Part shown: positions 7,638 through 14,732 of the stretch, piece after piece
Position numbering within the stretch: the first letter of the stretch is position 1
Layout: each line of letters opens with the position of its first letter
Assembly: GCA_964640425.1 (NCBI GenBank)
Contig: CAZXFC010000023.1
Coordinates: forward strand, 1-17,396
Reading direction: 5' to 3'
Length of the DNA: 17,396 nt
Origin: an uncultured Candidatus Saccharibacteria bacterium
Lineage (GTDB): Bacteria > Patescibacteriota > Minisyncoccia > UBA11713 > 2-01-FULL-45-33
Notes under the pieces: model-generated
Seen by the model: only the letters and a program-made list of their open reading frames with translations
The model's database searches: none
Told to the model about the DNA's origin: nothing
Program-made: the position numbers and the translations under genes

Positions 7638-7663
7638 AAAACACGGCCTCTCGGCCGTCCACC
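7636..7663 (+). repeat. 28-bp perfect direct repeat, copy 2, immediately after the methyltransferase stop
   Basis: Identical to 6848-6875. Confidence 0.9.
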
Positions 7664-7689
7664 ACCGCTCATTTTGTAAGAATATATAA
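7636..7689 (+). pseudogene. Ghost duplicate of the rnhB 3' end (encodes KKHGLSAVHHRSFCKNI* against rnhB KKHGLSAVHRKSFCKKILID*)
   Basis: The first 28 nt are identical to rnhB. The remainder has diverged at synonymous/conservative positions (cgc/cgc, agt/tca Ser, ttt/ttt, tgc/tgt, aaa/aag) and carries its own stop. Confidence 0.7.
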
Positions 7690-7800
7690 GACTATTGTGT
7701 CTAAAATTTACGATCGTGCAAAGTAGGCACTATAAGCGTAAGAATAATCGGCAGACGCTTATTTTATCGAAATATAATTTATGCTATTTTAAAGTAAGAT

Positions 7801-8244
7801 TTGGCGGATAATTTGGATTATAGGATCAAAAGAAATCTTGTATCGGCTTGTCTTGAGATGATTGACACAATGTTTACAAAGGAAAAACTTTCGGGAACCG
7901 GCGCGTCAGAGGAGCTTATTTTTGCGGCGCTTGCCGAGATAACGAATGCGCATTGCGAGTTTGAACAGGATGCGGAATTTATGGTACATCTCGTAGTTGA
8001 TAATTATTTAAGTCCTTTAAAAAGCCTTATGCCGCAAGCGGTAAATTTGGCACCAATATTTGTTGTGTTTTGCAAAAACAATAAATTTCATTATGAGCTT
8101 AAAATGGTAAACTCGTATGAAATGAATGAACTGATCTGGGCCGGAAAAACCGATATGGATCCGCGAATAAGCGTCATCGAAAATTGGGGATTATTGGTGA
8201 GAATGGATTGGACCCCAAGGCTATTACCGAAACCGCGAAATTAA
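7801..8244 (+). CDS. Hypothetical protein, 147 aa (start uncertain: TTG 7801 or ATG 7858)
   Basis: ORF with a downstream intrinsic terminator. AT-rich like the adjacent methyltransferase. No recognisable motif. Confidence 0.4.
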   Translation: MADNLDYRIKRNLVSACLEMIDTMFTKEKLSGTGASEELIFAALAEITNAHCEFEQDAEFMVHLVVDNYLSPLKSLMPQAVNLAPIFVVFCKNNKFHYELKMVNSYEMNELIWAGKTDMDPRISVIENWGLLVRMDWTPRLLPKPRN

Positions 8245-8260
8245 GTCTGCTTGCAGGCAG

Positions 8261-8289
8261 AAGCCTGCACTTGCAGGCTTTTTCTTTTT
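8261..8289 (+). terminator. Rho-independent terminator (aagcctgc-actt-gcaggctt, then tttttcttttt)
   Basis: 8-bp GC-rich stem plus T-tract. An alternative overlapping stem gcaggc-agaa-gcctgc lies just upstream. Confidence 0.7.
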
Positions 8290-8307
8290 GTGCTAAAATC
8301 TAGCATT

Positions 8308-8565
8308 ATGACAGTAAGGATGCGTCACACGCCGTCTCACACGGCAAACAGGAGGAGTCACCATGCGTTATCAGGCGTGGTCTCGGTAAAATGCGCCAAA
8401 TGCGGAATTGATGTCCTGCCTCACCGCGTTTGCGCAAATTGCGGCTTTTATAAAGGCAGAGAAGTCGTGGATGTGCTTAAAAAATTGACAAAAAAAGAAA
8501 AGAAAGCGAAGCAAAAAGAGATAGATGCACATACCCACGAAGTGGGAGAACCGGAAAATAAATAA
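8308..8565 (+). CDS. rpmF: 50S ribosomal protein L32 with a zinc ribbon and a Lys/Glu-rich C-terminal extension
   Basis: RRSHHAL...CAKCG...HRVCANCGFYKGREV matches L32 (RRTHFKL...CPSCG...HRVCKACGSYNGKDI). Start taken at ATG 8308. The ORF-track start 8251 overlaps the upstream terminator and was rejected. Confidence 0.75.
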   Translation: MTVRMRHTPSHTANRRSHHALSGVVSVKCAKCGIDVLPHRVCANCGFYKGREVVDVLKKLTKKEKKAKQKEIDAHTHEVGEPENK

Positions 8566-8633
8566 AAATTCAAATAGATTCTCTCTCGGCAAAAGCATCT
8601 TAACAATTCAACCATTTAACCACTCAACGACTT

Positions 8634-9551
8634 ATGGCAAACAGACACTTATCCAGATCAATCGCGATGCAGTCGCTTTTTGAATTGGATTTTTACGGTC
8701 GCCTCGGAGGGAAAATGGCCGCAAAGAAAAAAGAACTGGGAGAGATACTTCTGCGCACTATAGAGGAATTCGGACCCGGGCTCGACGACGGAAGTTTTGC
8801 CAAAAAAATCGCCATGGGAGTTTTGGAAAAACAGGAAGATATCGACGATATCATACAAAAAGCGGCGCCCGAATGGCCCATCGCGCAAATCGCTCCCGTA
8901 GACAGGAATGTCCTGCGCGTCGGGCTTTATGAATTGCTTTTTGGCGAAAGAAAAGAAGTCCCGCCAAAAGTGGCCATAAATGAATCAATCGAGCTTGCCA
9001 AAAGTTTTGGAGGGGATTCCTCAGGTAAGTTCGTTAACGGAGTTCTGGGAACGGTTTACAGGGAACTCGGCGAGCCGGGTAAAGACGACAAGGGCAAAAA
9101 AGGCGAGCTGTTGGATTTAAACAAGCTTCCCAAAGAAGAGCTAGGAGGCGCGGTGGTGATACGCCGCGAACGCGACAATGTTTTATTTGCCATGGTGCAC
9201 GACGTTTTTGGTCGCTGGACCTTTTCAAAAGGGCACCTGGAAAAAGACGAGACCATTGAAAACGGAACTTTACGCAAAATAAAAGAGGAATTCGGGATAA
9301 CAAATCTGAAACTGCTCAAAAAAATTGGCGAGAACGAATACATCGCTTCTGACCCTGATACCGGACCTACAAGGAGGCACGTGAGCTACTTTCTGGCCGA
9401 GACGAAAGACAAAGTGCTCAAAGTTGACAGGTCGGGTGGGTTGGACGACGCCCGCTGGTTTGATTCCGAAGAAGTTCACGGACTTAAAATGTACGACGAC
9501 ATAAAGCACCTTTTGGACGAAGCTGAGGAGGCTCTAAAGATCGTAAAATGA
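8634..9551 (+). CDS. nusB: NusB (transcription antitermination factor) fused in one ORF to a C-terminal Nudix hydrolase domain, 305 aa
   Basis: N-terminal NusB motifs (RHLSRSIAMQSLFELDF...RNVLRVGLYELLF...INESIELAKSFGG..KFVNGVLG). After a Lys/Gly linker comes GHLEKDETIENGTLRKIKEEFGI, which fits the Nudix box Gx5Ex7R[E>K]UxEExGU with one substitution. Confidence 0.8.
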   Translation: MANRHLSRSIAMQSLFELDFYGRLGGKMAAKKKELGEILLRTIEEFGPGLDDGSFAKKIAMGVLEKQEDIDDIIQKAAPEWPIAQIAPVDRNVLRVGLYELLFGERKEVPPKVAINESIELAKSFGGDSSGKFVNGVLGTVYRELGEPGKDDKGKKGELLDLNKLPKEELGGAVVIRRERDNVLFAMVHDVFGRWTFSKGHLEKDETIENGTLRKIKEEFGITNLKLLKKIGENEYIASDPDTGPTRRHVSYFLAETKDKVLKVDRSGGLDDARWFDSEEVHGLKMYDDIKHLLDEAEEALKIVK

Positions 9552-10249
9552 TGAATTTTGAAGAGTTTGAAAAAAATATAGGTGTTGAGTTTAAAGACAA
9601 GGATCTTTTAAGGATAGCACTCACGCACAGATCTTTTTTGAATGAGAACCCTGCGGTTGCGGGGGAAAAAAAAGAGCACAATGAACGCTTGGAATTTTTA
9701 GGAGATGCCGTTTTGGAGCTCGTCATAACCGAACATTTATATAAATTCTTTCCGGACAAGCCGGAAGGGGATCTTACCAGTTTCCGCGCTTCACTGGTGA
9801 ATGCAAACATGCTTGGCGAGGTGGCGCGCGACCTTAATTTTAATAAATTCTTATTGTTGTCGCGGGGAGAAGCCAAAGATGTGGGCCGCGCCCGTCTTTA
9901 TATATTAGCGAACGCTTTTGAATCGGTAACGGGCGCGATTTACCTCGACCGCGGATACGACATGGTCAAAGATTTTATTTTGCGGGTTTTGGAGCCGAAA
10001 ATCGGCGAGATCGTCGAAAAAAAATTATATCGTGATGCCAAAAGTTTTTTTCAGGAGGAGGCACAGGAAAGGGAAAGTGTCACGCCTACATATAAAGTCA
10101 TCAAAGAATGGGGCCCCGACCACGACAAGCATTTTATTGTCGGGGTTTATCTTGGCAAAGAACTTATCGCCGAAGGCGAAGGACCTTCAAAACAACAGGC
10201 TCAGCAAATGGCCGCCGAGGGGGCGTTAAAAACAAAAGGCTGGGAATGA
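9548..10249 (+). CDS. rnc: Ribonuclease III
   Basis: RNase III signature ERLEFLGDAVLELVI and a C-terminal dsRBD. 4-nt ATGA overlap with the upstream gene. Confidence 0.9.
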   Translation: MMNFEEFEKNIGVEFKDKDLLRIALTHRSFLNENPAVAGEKKEHNERLEFLGDAVLELVITEHLYKFFPDKPEGDLTSFRASLVNANMLGEVARDLNFNKFLLLSRGEAKDVGRARLYILANAFESVTGAIYLDRGYDMVKDFILRVLEPKIGEIVEKKLYRDAKSFFQEEAQERESVTPTYKVIKEWGPDHDKHFIVGVYLGKELIAEGEGPSKQQAQQMAAEGALKTKGWE

Positions 10250-10277
10250 CCGAAACTAAGTTTCGGACAAATTCAAA

Positions 10278-10304
10278 AACCTCTATTTGCGTAGAGGTTT
10301 TTTG
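10278..10304. terminator. Bidirectional intrinsic terminator between convergent rnc and the Nudix operon (aacctcta-tttgcg-tagaggtt, flanked by A- and T-tracts)
   Basis: 8-bp stem with aaaa on its 5' side and tttttt on its 3' side. The stop codon and last 6 codons of the minus-strand Nudix gene lie within it. An extra hairpin ccgaaac-taa-gtttcgg sits at 10250-10266. Confidence 0.7.
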
Positions 10305-10756
10305 GTAAAAAAATCGCGGATAATTTGCTGGTGCGAATAGAATAAATTTCGCGGGATGGCCGAAAGCTTGAACCATTGCGGCGAATTGCCGCCTGACGGT
10401 GTTTTATTTTCAAGCATTTGCCCGCCCGTGATCTCAACCAAATAAACGTACCGCACGAATTTGTTTCCGCGTTCTTGATTTTCCAGCTCTTCAAAAGAAA
10501 CTAAGTTTTTCAGCTTTGAATCAAATCCTGTTTCTTCTTTAAATTCCCTTTGTACGGTCGTTGCCGGATTTTCCCGGCAGCAGTCTTTTTCAAGCCATTT
10601 ATTATCGCAGCACTTGCCGCCGGACAAAGACCAGCGCCATTCGTCCTTTGCGTCATATCTGTTTCCATTGCCTTCGCAAACCAGCAGAACTTCCGTATCG
10701 TAAATTCCTTTTTCAAGGTTTTTGAAGCAAAGCGCCAGAACAGCATGTTTTGACAT
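10283..10756 (-). CDS. Nudix hydrolase, 157 aa, with a Cys-rich insertion in the Nudix box
   Basis: Perfect REFKEETGF (REUxEExGU) preceded by GGKCCDNKWLEKDCCRENPATTVQ. An AAGGAG SD lies 6 nt upstream. The start overlaps the upstream stop as TGATG, consistent with translational coupling. Confidence 0.75.
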   Translation of the reverse strand: MSKHAVLALCFKNLEKGIYDTEVLLVCEGNGNRYDAKDEWRWSLSGGKCCDNKWLEKDCCRENPATTVQREFKEETGFDSKLKNLVSFEELENQERGNKFVRYVYLVEITGGQMLENKTPSGGNSPQWFKLSAIPRNLFYSHQQIIRDFFTKKPLRK

Positions 10757-11808
10757 CAGAGCTCCTTCTTTCTGTCGGCGAATTCTACGAAATTGTTTTT
10801 CTTTGTGAATTCATCCCACATTTTTTCGTCCGGCAAGTCAAACGACGGCATTACTACTGAAGGAGCCTGTCTAAGCATCGGGCACGGCGGGAATGTGGTC
10901 TCAAGATGTTTCAGTGGCTCGTCGTATTTAACCCAGCCGAAGTCTCTTACGAATTTGCGCAAGAGGTACATTAGTCCATGTGCGTGCTTGTTGTAAAAGT
11001 TACCGGGATTCAAAGAGAGTATCGGCAAAATTTCCGGCGGTTCGGTTTCCTCGGGCACGCCTACAGTGTTCAATTCACCGTCCGGGTATTTGATTTCGAA
11101 AAAGAAAACTTCGTGGTCTACTGTCTGGTTGTCCGGGTCGTTCCTGTCGTATTGGTAGAAGCGCACCAAGCGCTCAAAAAGCGGTTCGCAAACAGCGTGG
11201 CCGCCTGCGTTCGTTTTTTTGCGCACGGCCACAAGTCCCGTCTCTTCGACGAATTCTCTGGCAAGCGCGTAATCGGAATAATGCTCGCCGGGAGCGCCGT
11301 ATTCAGTGCCGCTTTCAAAGAGTTCTTTCATCTTGGCGCTTGAGTAGAACATCGCTTTCGCGCTCTCATCATGATCAAACTGTTCTATCTTGCCGAAAGG
11401 AAGTCCATACATGTCCGGCTTCGGAGCCCAATACATTCCGGCGGGGTAGGCGAGCTTCGTAATCCAGTTGGGAAAGTGCCGCCGAGCGGACATCTCTGCG
11501 ATGCGCGCTTCTTTTTCTTCTTCGGGGCAATTGCGCAATCTTTCTTTTACGAGTTCCAGATGCGGCGGATGCCAAATTTTTTGTATCCCGGTTTCCGTAT
11601 TTCTCATTTCCCAATATCCGTAAATCCAATTCACTTGGCCCGTTTTTCTCTTGGTATTCCACGGGCTTACGATATTGAATCCTTTTTCAAGGAGCTCTTG
11701 TGTTACGACTATCTCGCGCTTGTTTGCTGAACGCCTCAAACCTTCTTGAACCAATGCATCCGTAAGCGGGGGCAGGTAGAGGCCTCCTACAGAACTTGAA
11801 GTTATCAT
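10756..11808 (-). CDS. Nudix-domain protein with an approximately 180-aa N-terminal domain of unknown function, about 350 aa from ATG 11808
   Basis: Central AREFVEETGL Nudix-box core (REUxEExGU). A strong AGGAGG SD lies 5 nt upstream of the internal Met (MITSSS...), so 11808 is preferred over the ORF-track start at 11835. Confidence 0.7.
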   Translation of the reverse strand: MITSSSVGGLYLPPLTDALVQEGLRRSANKREIVVTQELLEKGFNIVSPWNTKRKTGQVNWIYGYWEMRNTETGIQKIWHPPHLELVKERLRNCPEEEKEARIAEMSARRHFPNWITKLAYPAGMYWAPKPDMYGLPFGKIEQFDHDESAKAMFYSSAKMKELFESGTEYGAPGEHYSDYALAREFVEETGLVAVRKKTNAGGHAVCEPLFERLVRFYQYDRNDPDNQTVDHEVFFFEIKYPDGELNTVGVPEETEPPEILPILSLNPGNFYNKHAHGLMYLLRKFVRDFGWVKYDEPLKHLETTFPPCPMLRQAPSVVMPSFDLPDEKMWDEFTKKNNFVEFADRKKEL

Positions 11809-11946
11809 AAAATCCTCCTGCCTATAAATCAGCATTAATTATTTGTGTTGTATAGATTGACAAAAGAACTACAAGTGTCCTTATGAAATTCAGATGAAGA
11901 TGCTTCATATAACTTCATCTTGACCACATCTTCACTTTTTTTATTT

Positions 11947-11975
11947 TTGCGATTTTGCTATAGTTTTACTAATAT
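11947..11975 (+). promoter_or_regulatory. Candidate sigma70-like promoter for smc (ttgcga-N17-taatat)
   Basis: Hexamers and spacing were read directly from the sequence. This leaves an approximately 80-nt leader containing the hairpin ccagg...cctgg (11981-12012). Confidence 0.3.
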
Positions 11976-12057
11976 TATGCCAGGTAGTGAAACTTCGTAT
12001 GACTGTCCTGGCAAGGTATTATTTACTAAGATTTAATGCGAAGTTCTACTATCTGGT

Positions 12058-14241
12058 ATGCTGCTTAAACGTTTAGAGATAAACGGGTTTAAATCGTTCG
12101 CCAAGGCGGCGGTTTTGGAGTTTCCCACAAAAATTACGGCGATCGTAGGGCCCAACGGCTCCGGAAAATCCAATGTCGCCGATTCTTTGCGTTGGGTCTT
12201 GGGAGAGCAATCAATGAAAAGTCTTCGCGGAAAAAAAGGCGAAGACTTGATATTCGCGGGAACCCCGCAAATTGCCCGCATGGGCAAGGCGTCGGTGTCT
12301 TTGGTTTTCGACAACAGAAAGAAAATTTTCCCGGTTGAATTTGACGAAGTGGCGATTTCACGGAGGATCTATCGCGACGGTTCAAATGAATATGTTTTGA
12401 ACGAAAGCCAGGTGCGTCTGAAGGATATTATCGAGCTCCTCTCCAAAGTCGGCCTGGGGGCTTCCCAGCACCACATAATCGCTCAGGGCGATGCAGACCG
12501 AATACTATACGCTTCGCCAAAAGAAAGAAAGTCCATGATAGAGGAAGCGCTTGGACTCAAAATTTTTGAACTTAAAAAAACGGAAGCCGAGAGAAAACTT
12601 TCGTCAACGGCAGAGAATATTAAGCAGGTGGAATCTCTGCGCCGCGAGATATTGCCGCACCTTAAATATTTGGACGAGCAAGCGCGAAAGATGAGAAATG
12701 TTTCGGAACTTAGGCGGGAGCTTGAAGCGCTAATGGCCGAATATGTTGCAAGGGAAATAAAAACTTTGGCTCTGGAAGAAGGCGCTTTAAAAAAAGAAAA
12801 GGTTCCGCTTGCCGATAAGCTGAAAAAACTTGAGTCGGCTCTTAGCGAGGCAGAGGAGATTTTGGGCAAAGAATCTGGTGTTTCCTCCACGCAGGCCTTT
12901 TTTGAAGACCAAAAAAAACTTGATTCCTCGCTTACCGCGTTGGCAATGAAGCGAAGAGAGGCGGAACGCGACATCGCTAAAATGGAAGCGGCTTCTTTGC
13001 GTCCCCGCGAAGCAAAGGAAGATTCGCTGCCCAAAGATAAAGTCAAGTCCATGCTTTTGGAGCTTGCGGATAATTTGGAATCGGCTTCGCGCTCCGGGAC
13101 AATGGAACTGATAAGGAACACGATATTTGCCGCAACTCAAAAAATTTACAAATTTCTTGAATCGCTTGGGGAGGGCGGATTTACTCCGGCGCAGGAAAAT
13201 ATTTCACAGGAACTGAAGAGGCGCGAAGCGGAGCTTGCAAAGATCGGGAAAGAGGAAGAAGAATTATTGCAAAAAAAGAAGATATTGGAAAAAGATTATT
13301 CCGAGAAAGCGGAACGCGTGGCACGCGAAGGCGCGCTTTTCCGGCAGAAGACCGAAGAGATAGCGCGTACGCGCGATGAACTCAGGAATTTAGCATCCGG
13401 AGAAGAACGCCTTTTGGCGGCAAAAAAAGAATTCGAGCTTGATTTCGGCGCTATGCTCGCGAAAACGGAACCGAATGGTGAAATTTTGTCGGAAAACGAA
13501 AGGGTACAGATGAGGAAGAAAGTTGAGAGGCTAAAGATCCGCCTGGAAGAAGCCGGCGGAGTGGACGAGAATGTTTTGAAAGAATATGACGATACCAAAA
13601 AACGCGACGAATTTTTGGCGAAAGAACTGGAAGATCTGAAAAAGGCGTCAGAAAGCCTAGGTTCGGTTTTCGGAGATCTGGCGGAGCGTATTGAAAAAGA
13701 TTTTGACGGGGGCCTTTCAAAGATAAATAAACTTTTCGGGGAATTTTTCCATGAAATTTTCGGCGGCGGTAAGGCGGAAATAAAACTTATGAAGCCCGCC
13801 AAGAAAAAGCCAGCTATCGATGACGAGGAATGGGAATCCTCCTTCGCCGAGGCTTCGGAGGACGAGGAGGAAGAGGGGATCGAGATAATAGTTGATATTC
13901 CGAGAAAACGCATCAAAAGCCTGAACATGCTTTCCGGGGGCGAGCGCGCGCTTACTTCGATAGCGCTGCTTTTTGCCATGTCCACGGTTAATCCTCCTCC
14001 GTTTCTGGTGCTAGATGAGACGGACGCCGCGCTGGACGAGGCCAATTCTAACCGTTATGCTTCTATGCTCCGGGAGCTCGGTAAAAAAACCCAGCTTGTG
14101 GTCGTAACCCACAACCGGGAGACGATGAAAGCCGCCGATGTGCTGTACGGCGTAACAATGGGCAACGACGGCGTGAGTAAATTGTTGTCGATTAAATTTG
14201 AGGAGGCGGAAGATGTTTTAGCGAAAAAAAAAGCGCCCTAA
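12058..14241 (+). CDS. smc: SMC chromosome condensation ATPase, unusually short (727 aa) and apparently hinge-less
   Basis: N-terminus LEINGFKSF...ITAIVGPNGSGKSNVADSLRWVLGEQS (Walker A) and the conserved FDEVAISRRIYRDGSNEYVLN match canonical SMC. C-terminus has LFGGGKAEIKL, signature LSGGERALTSIALLFAM, Walker B LVLDETDAALDE and VTHNRETM. Rnc-smc synteny is conserved. The middle is coiled-coil-like (E/K/R/L-rich) with no recognisable hinge glycine motifs. Confidence 0.8.
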   Translation: MLLKRLEINGFKSFAKAAVLEFPTKITAIVGPNGSGKSNVADSLRWVLGEQSMKSLRGKKGEDLIFAGTPQIARMGKASVSLVFDNRKKIFPVEFDEVAISRRIYRDGSNEYVLNESQVRLKDIIELLSKVGLGASQHHIIAQGDADRILYASPKERKSMIEEALGLKIFELKKTEAERKLSSTAENIKQVESLRREILPHLKYLDEQARKMRNVSELRRELEALMAEYVAREIKTLALEEGALKKEKVPLADKLKKLESALSEAEEILGKESGVSSTQAFFEDQKKLDSSLTALAMKRREAERDIAKMEAASLRPREAKEDSLPKDKVKSMLLELADNLESASRSGTMELIRNTIFAATQKIYKFLESLGEGGFTPAQENISQELKRREAELAKIGKEEEELLQKKKILEKDYSEKAERVAREGALFRQKTEEIARTRDELRNLASGEERLLAAKKEFELDFGAMLAKTEPNGEILSENERVQMRKKVERLKIRLEEAGGVDENVLKEYDDTKKRDEFLAKELEDLKKASESLGSVFGDLAERIEKDFDGGLSKINKLFGEFFHEIFGGGKAEIKLMKPAKKKPAIDDEEWESSFAEASEDEEEEGIEIIVDIPRKRIKSLNMLSGGERALTSIALLFAMSTVNPPPFLVLDETDAALDEANSNRYASMLRELGKKTQLVVVTHNRETMKAADVLYGVTMGNDGVSKLLSIKFEEAEDVLAKKKAP

Positions 14242-14252
14242 GCGCTTTTTAA
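14231..14252. terminator. Intrinsic terminator overlapping the smc stop (aagcgc-cctaa-gcgctt, then ttttt), A-tract upstream, probably bidirectional
   Basis: Seen directly. It also lies at the 3' end of the minus-strand ORF 14249-14566. Confidence 0.6.
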
Positions 14253-14566
14253 GAAGTGTAGTCTTTGCTTATCTTTGCCAAGCGGGATCCGAATATATAC
14301 GCAAAAATAATTGCTATCATGGTGGTTGCGGCTTTGAATTGCAGGCAGGCCGAGCTATAAGCTGCATAGTCGAAGATGCTTTTCTCAAAATCAGCATCGC
14401 AGTCGGTTCCAACGAACAGCATTGCTATTGATAAGAAAATAATTACTGTGCCTGATCCAACCATAAAAAAAGAGCTAAACCAAAGTAAATTTTCCGAAAA
14501 ACTACCATTGAAAAGCTCGCACTGCATTTGCCGAGACTTTTTTATATAACTCCAAATAAACTGCAT
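14249..14566 (-). CDS. Small membrane protein, hypothetical, 105 aa
   Basis: Good SD: AAAAAGGAGAG lies 3 nt before the ATG on the minus strand. Two or three hydrophobic segments. No known motif. Confidence 0.45.
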   Translation of the reverse strand: MQFIWSYIKKSRQMQCELFNGSFSENLLWFSSFFMVGSGTVIIFLSIAMLFVGTDCDADFEKSIFDYAAYSSACLQFKAATTMIAIIFAYIFGSRLAKISKDYTS

Positions 14567-14651
14567 ATGCTCTCCTTTTTCGAATGGGTCTAAAACAAAA
14601 GTAGCGCTTTTGCGCTATTTTGTCAAGCCATTCCTTCCTGCACAAGTAATC

Positions 14652-14680
14652 TTGACATGTTTTCTAAATTATTCTATAGC
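14652..14680 (+). promoter_or_regulatory. Candidate promoter (ttgaca-N17-tatagc) for the SPFH/flotillin-like gene; an AAGGAGG RBS lies at 14719-14725
   Basis: Perfect -35 hexamer with 17-nt spacing. A strong SD sits 7 nt upstream of ATG 14733. Confidence 0.35.
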
Positions 14681-14732
14681 TTAGGAAGGTTTATTGTTGA
14701 ATAATTCGTTGAAAAAATAAGGAGGTTCCGAA

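Noticed and set aside
8251-8307. Upstream extension of the rpmF ORF (MQAEACTCRLFLFVLKSSI...)
   Set aside because: The extension reads through the upstream terminator hairpin and its T-tract. The conserved L32 sequence begins at ATG 8308.
8658-10376. Short ORFs on both strands overlapping nusB-Nudix and rnc (for example 9056-9343, 9484-9876, 10032-10229, 10108-10308)
   Set aside because: Alternative-frame artefacts within confidently assigned genes.
10978-11730. Plus- and minus-strand ORFs (121 aa, 119 aa, 95 aa) inside the large Nudix gene
   Set aside because: They overlap a CDS supported by a Nudix motif and a strong RBS, and have no features of their own.
12483-14045. Long minus-strand ORFs (212 aa, 249 aa, 117 aa, 89 aa), Ser/Ala-rich, overlapping smc
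   Set aside because: They are antisense read-through of the Glu/Lys/Leu-rich coiled-coil codons of smc and of low complexity. No start context and no motifs.
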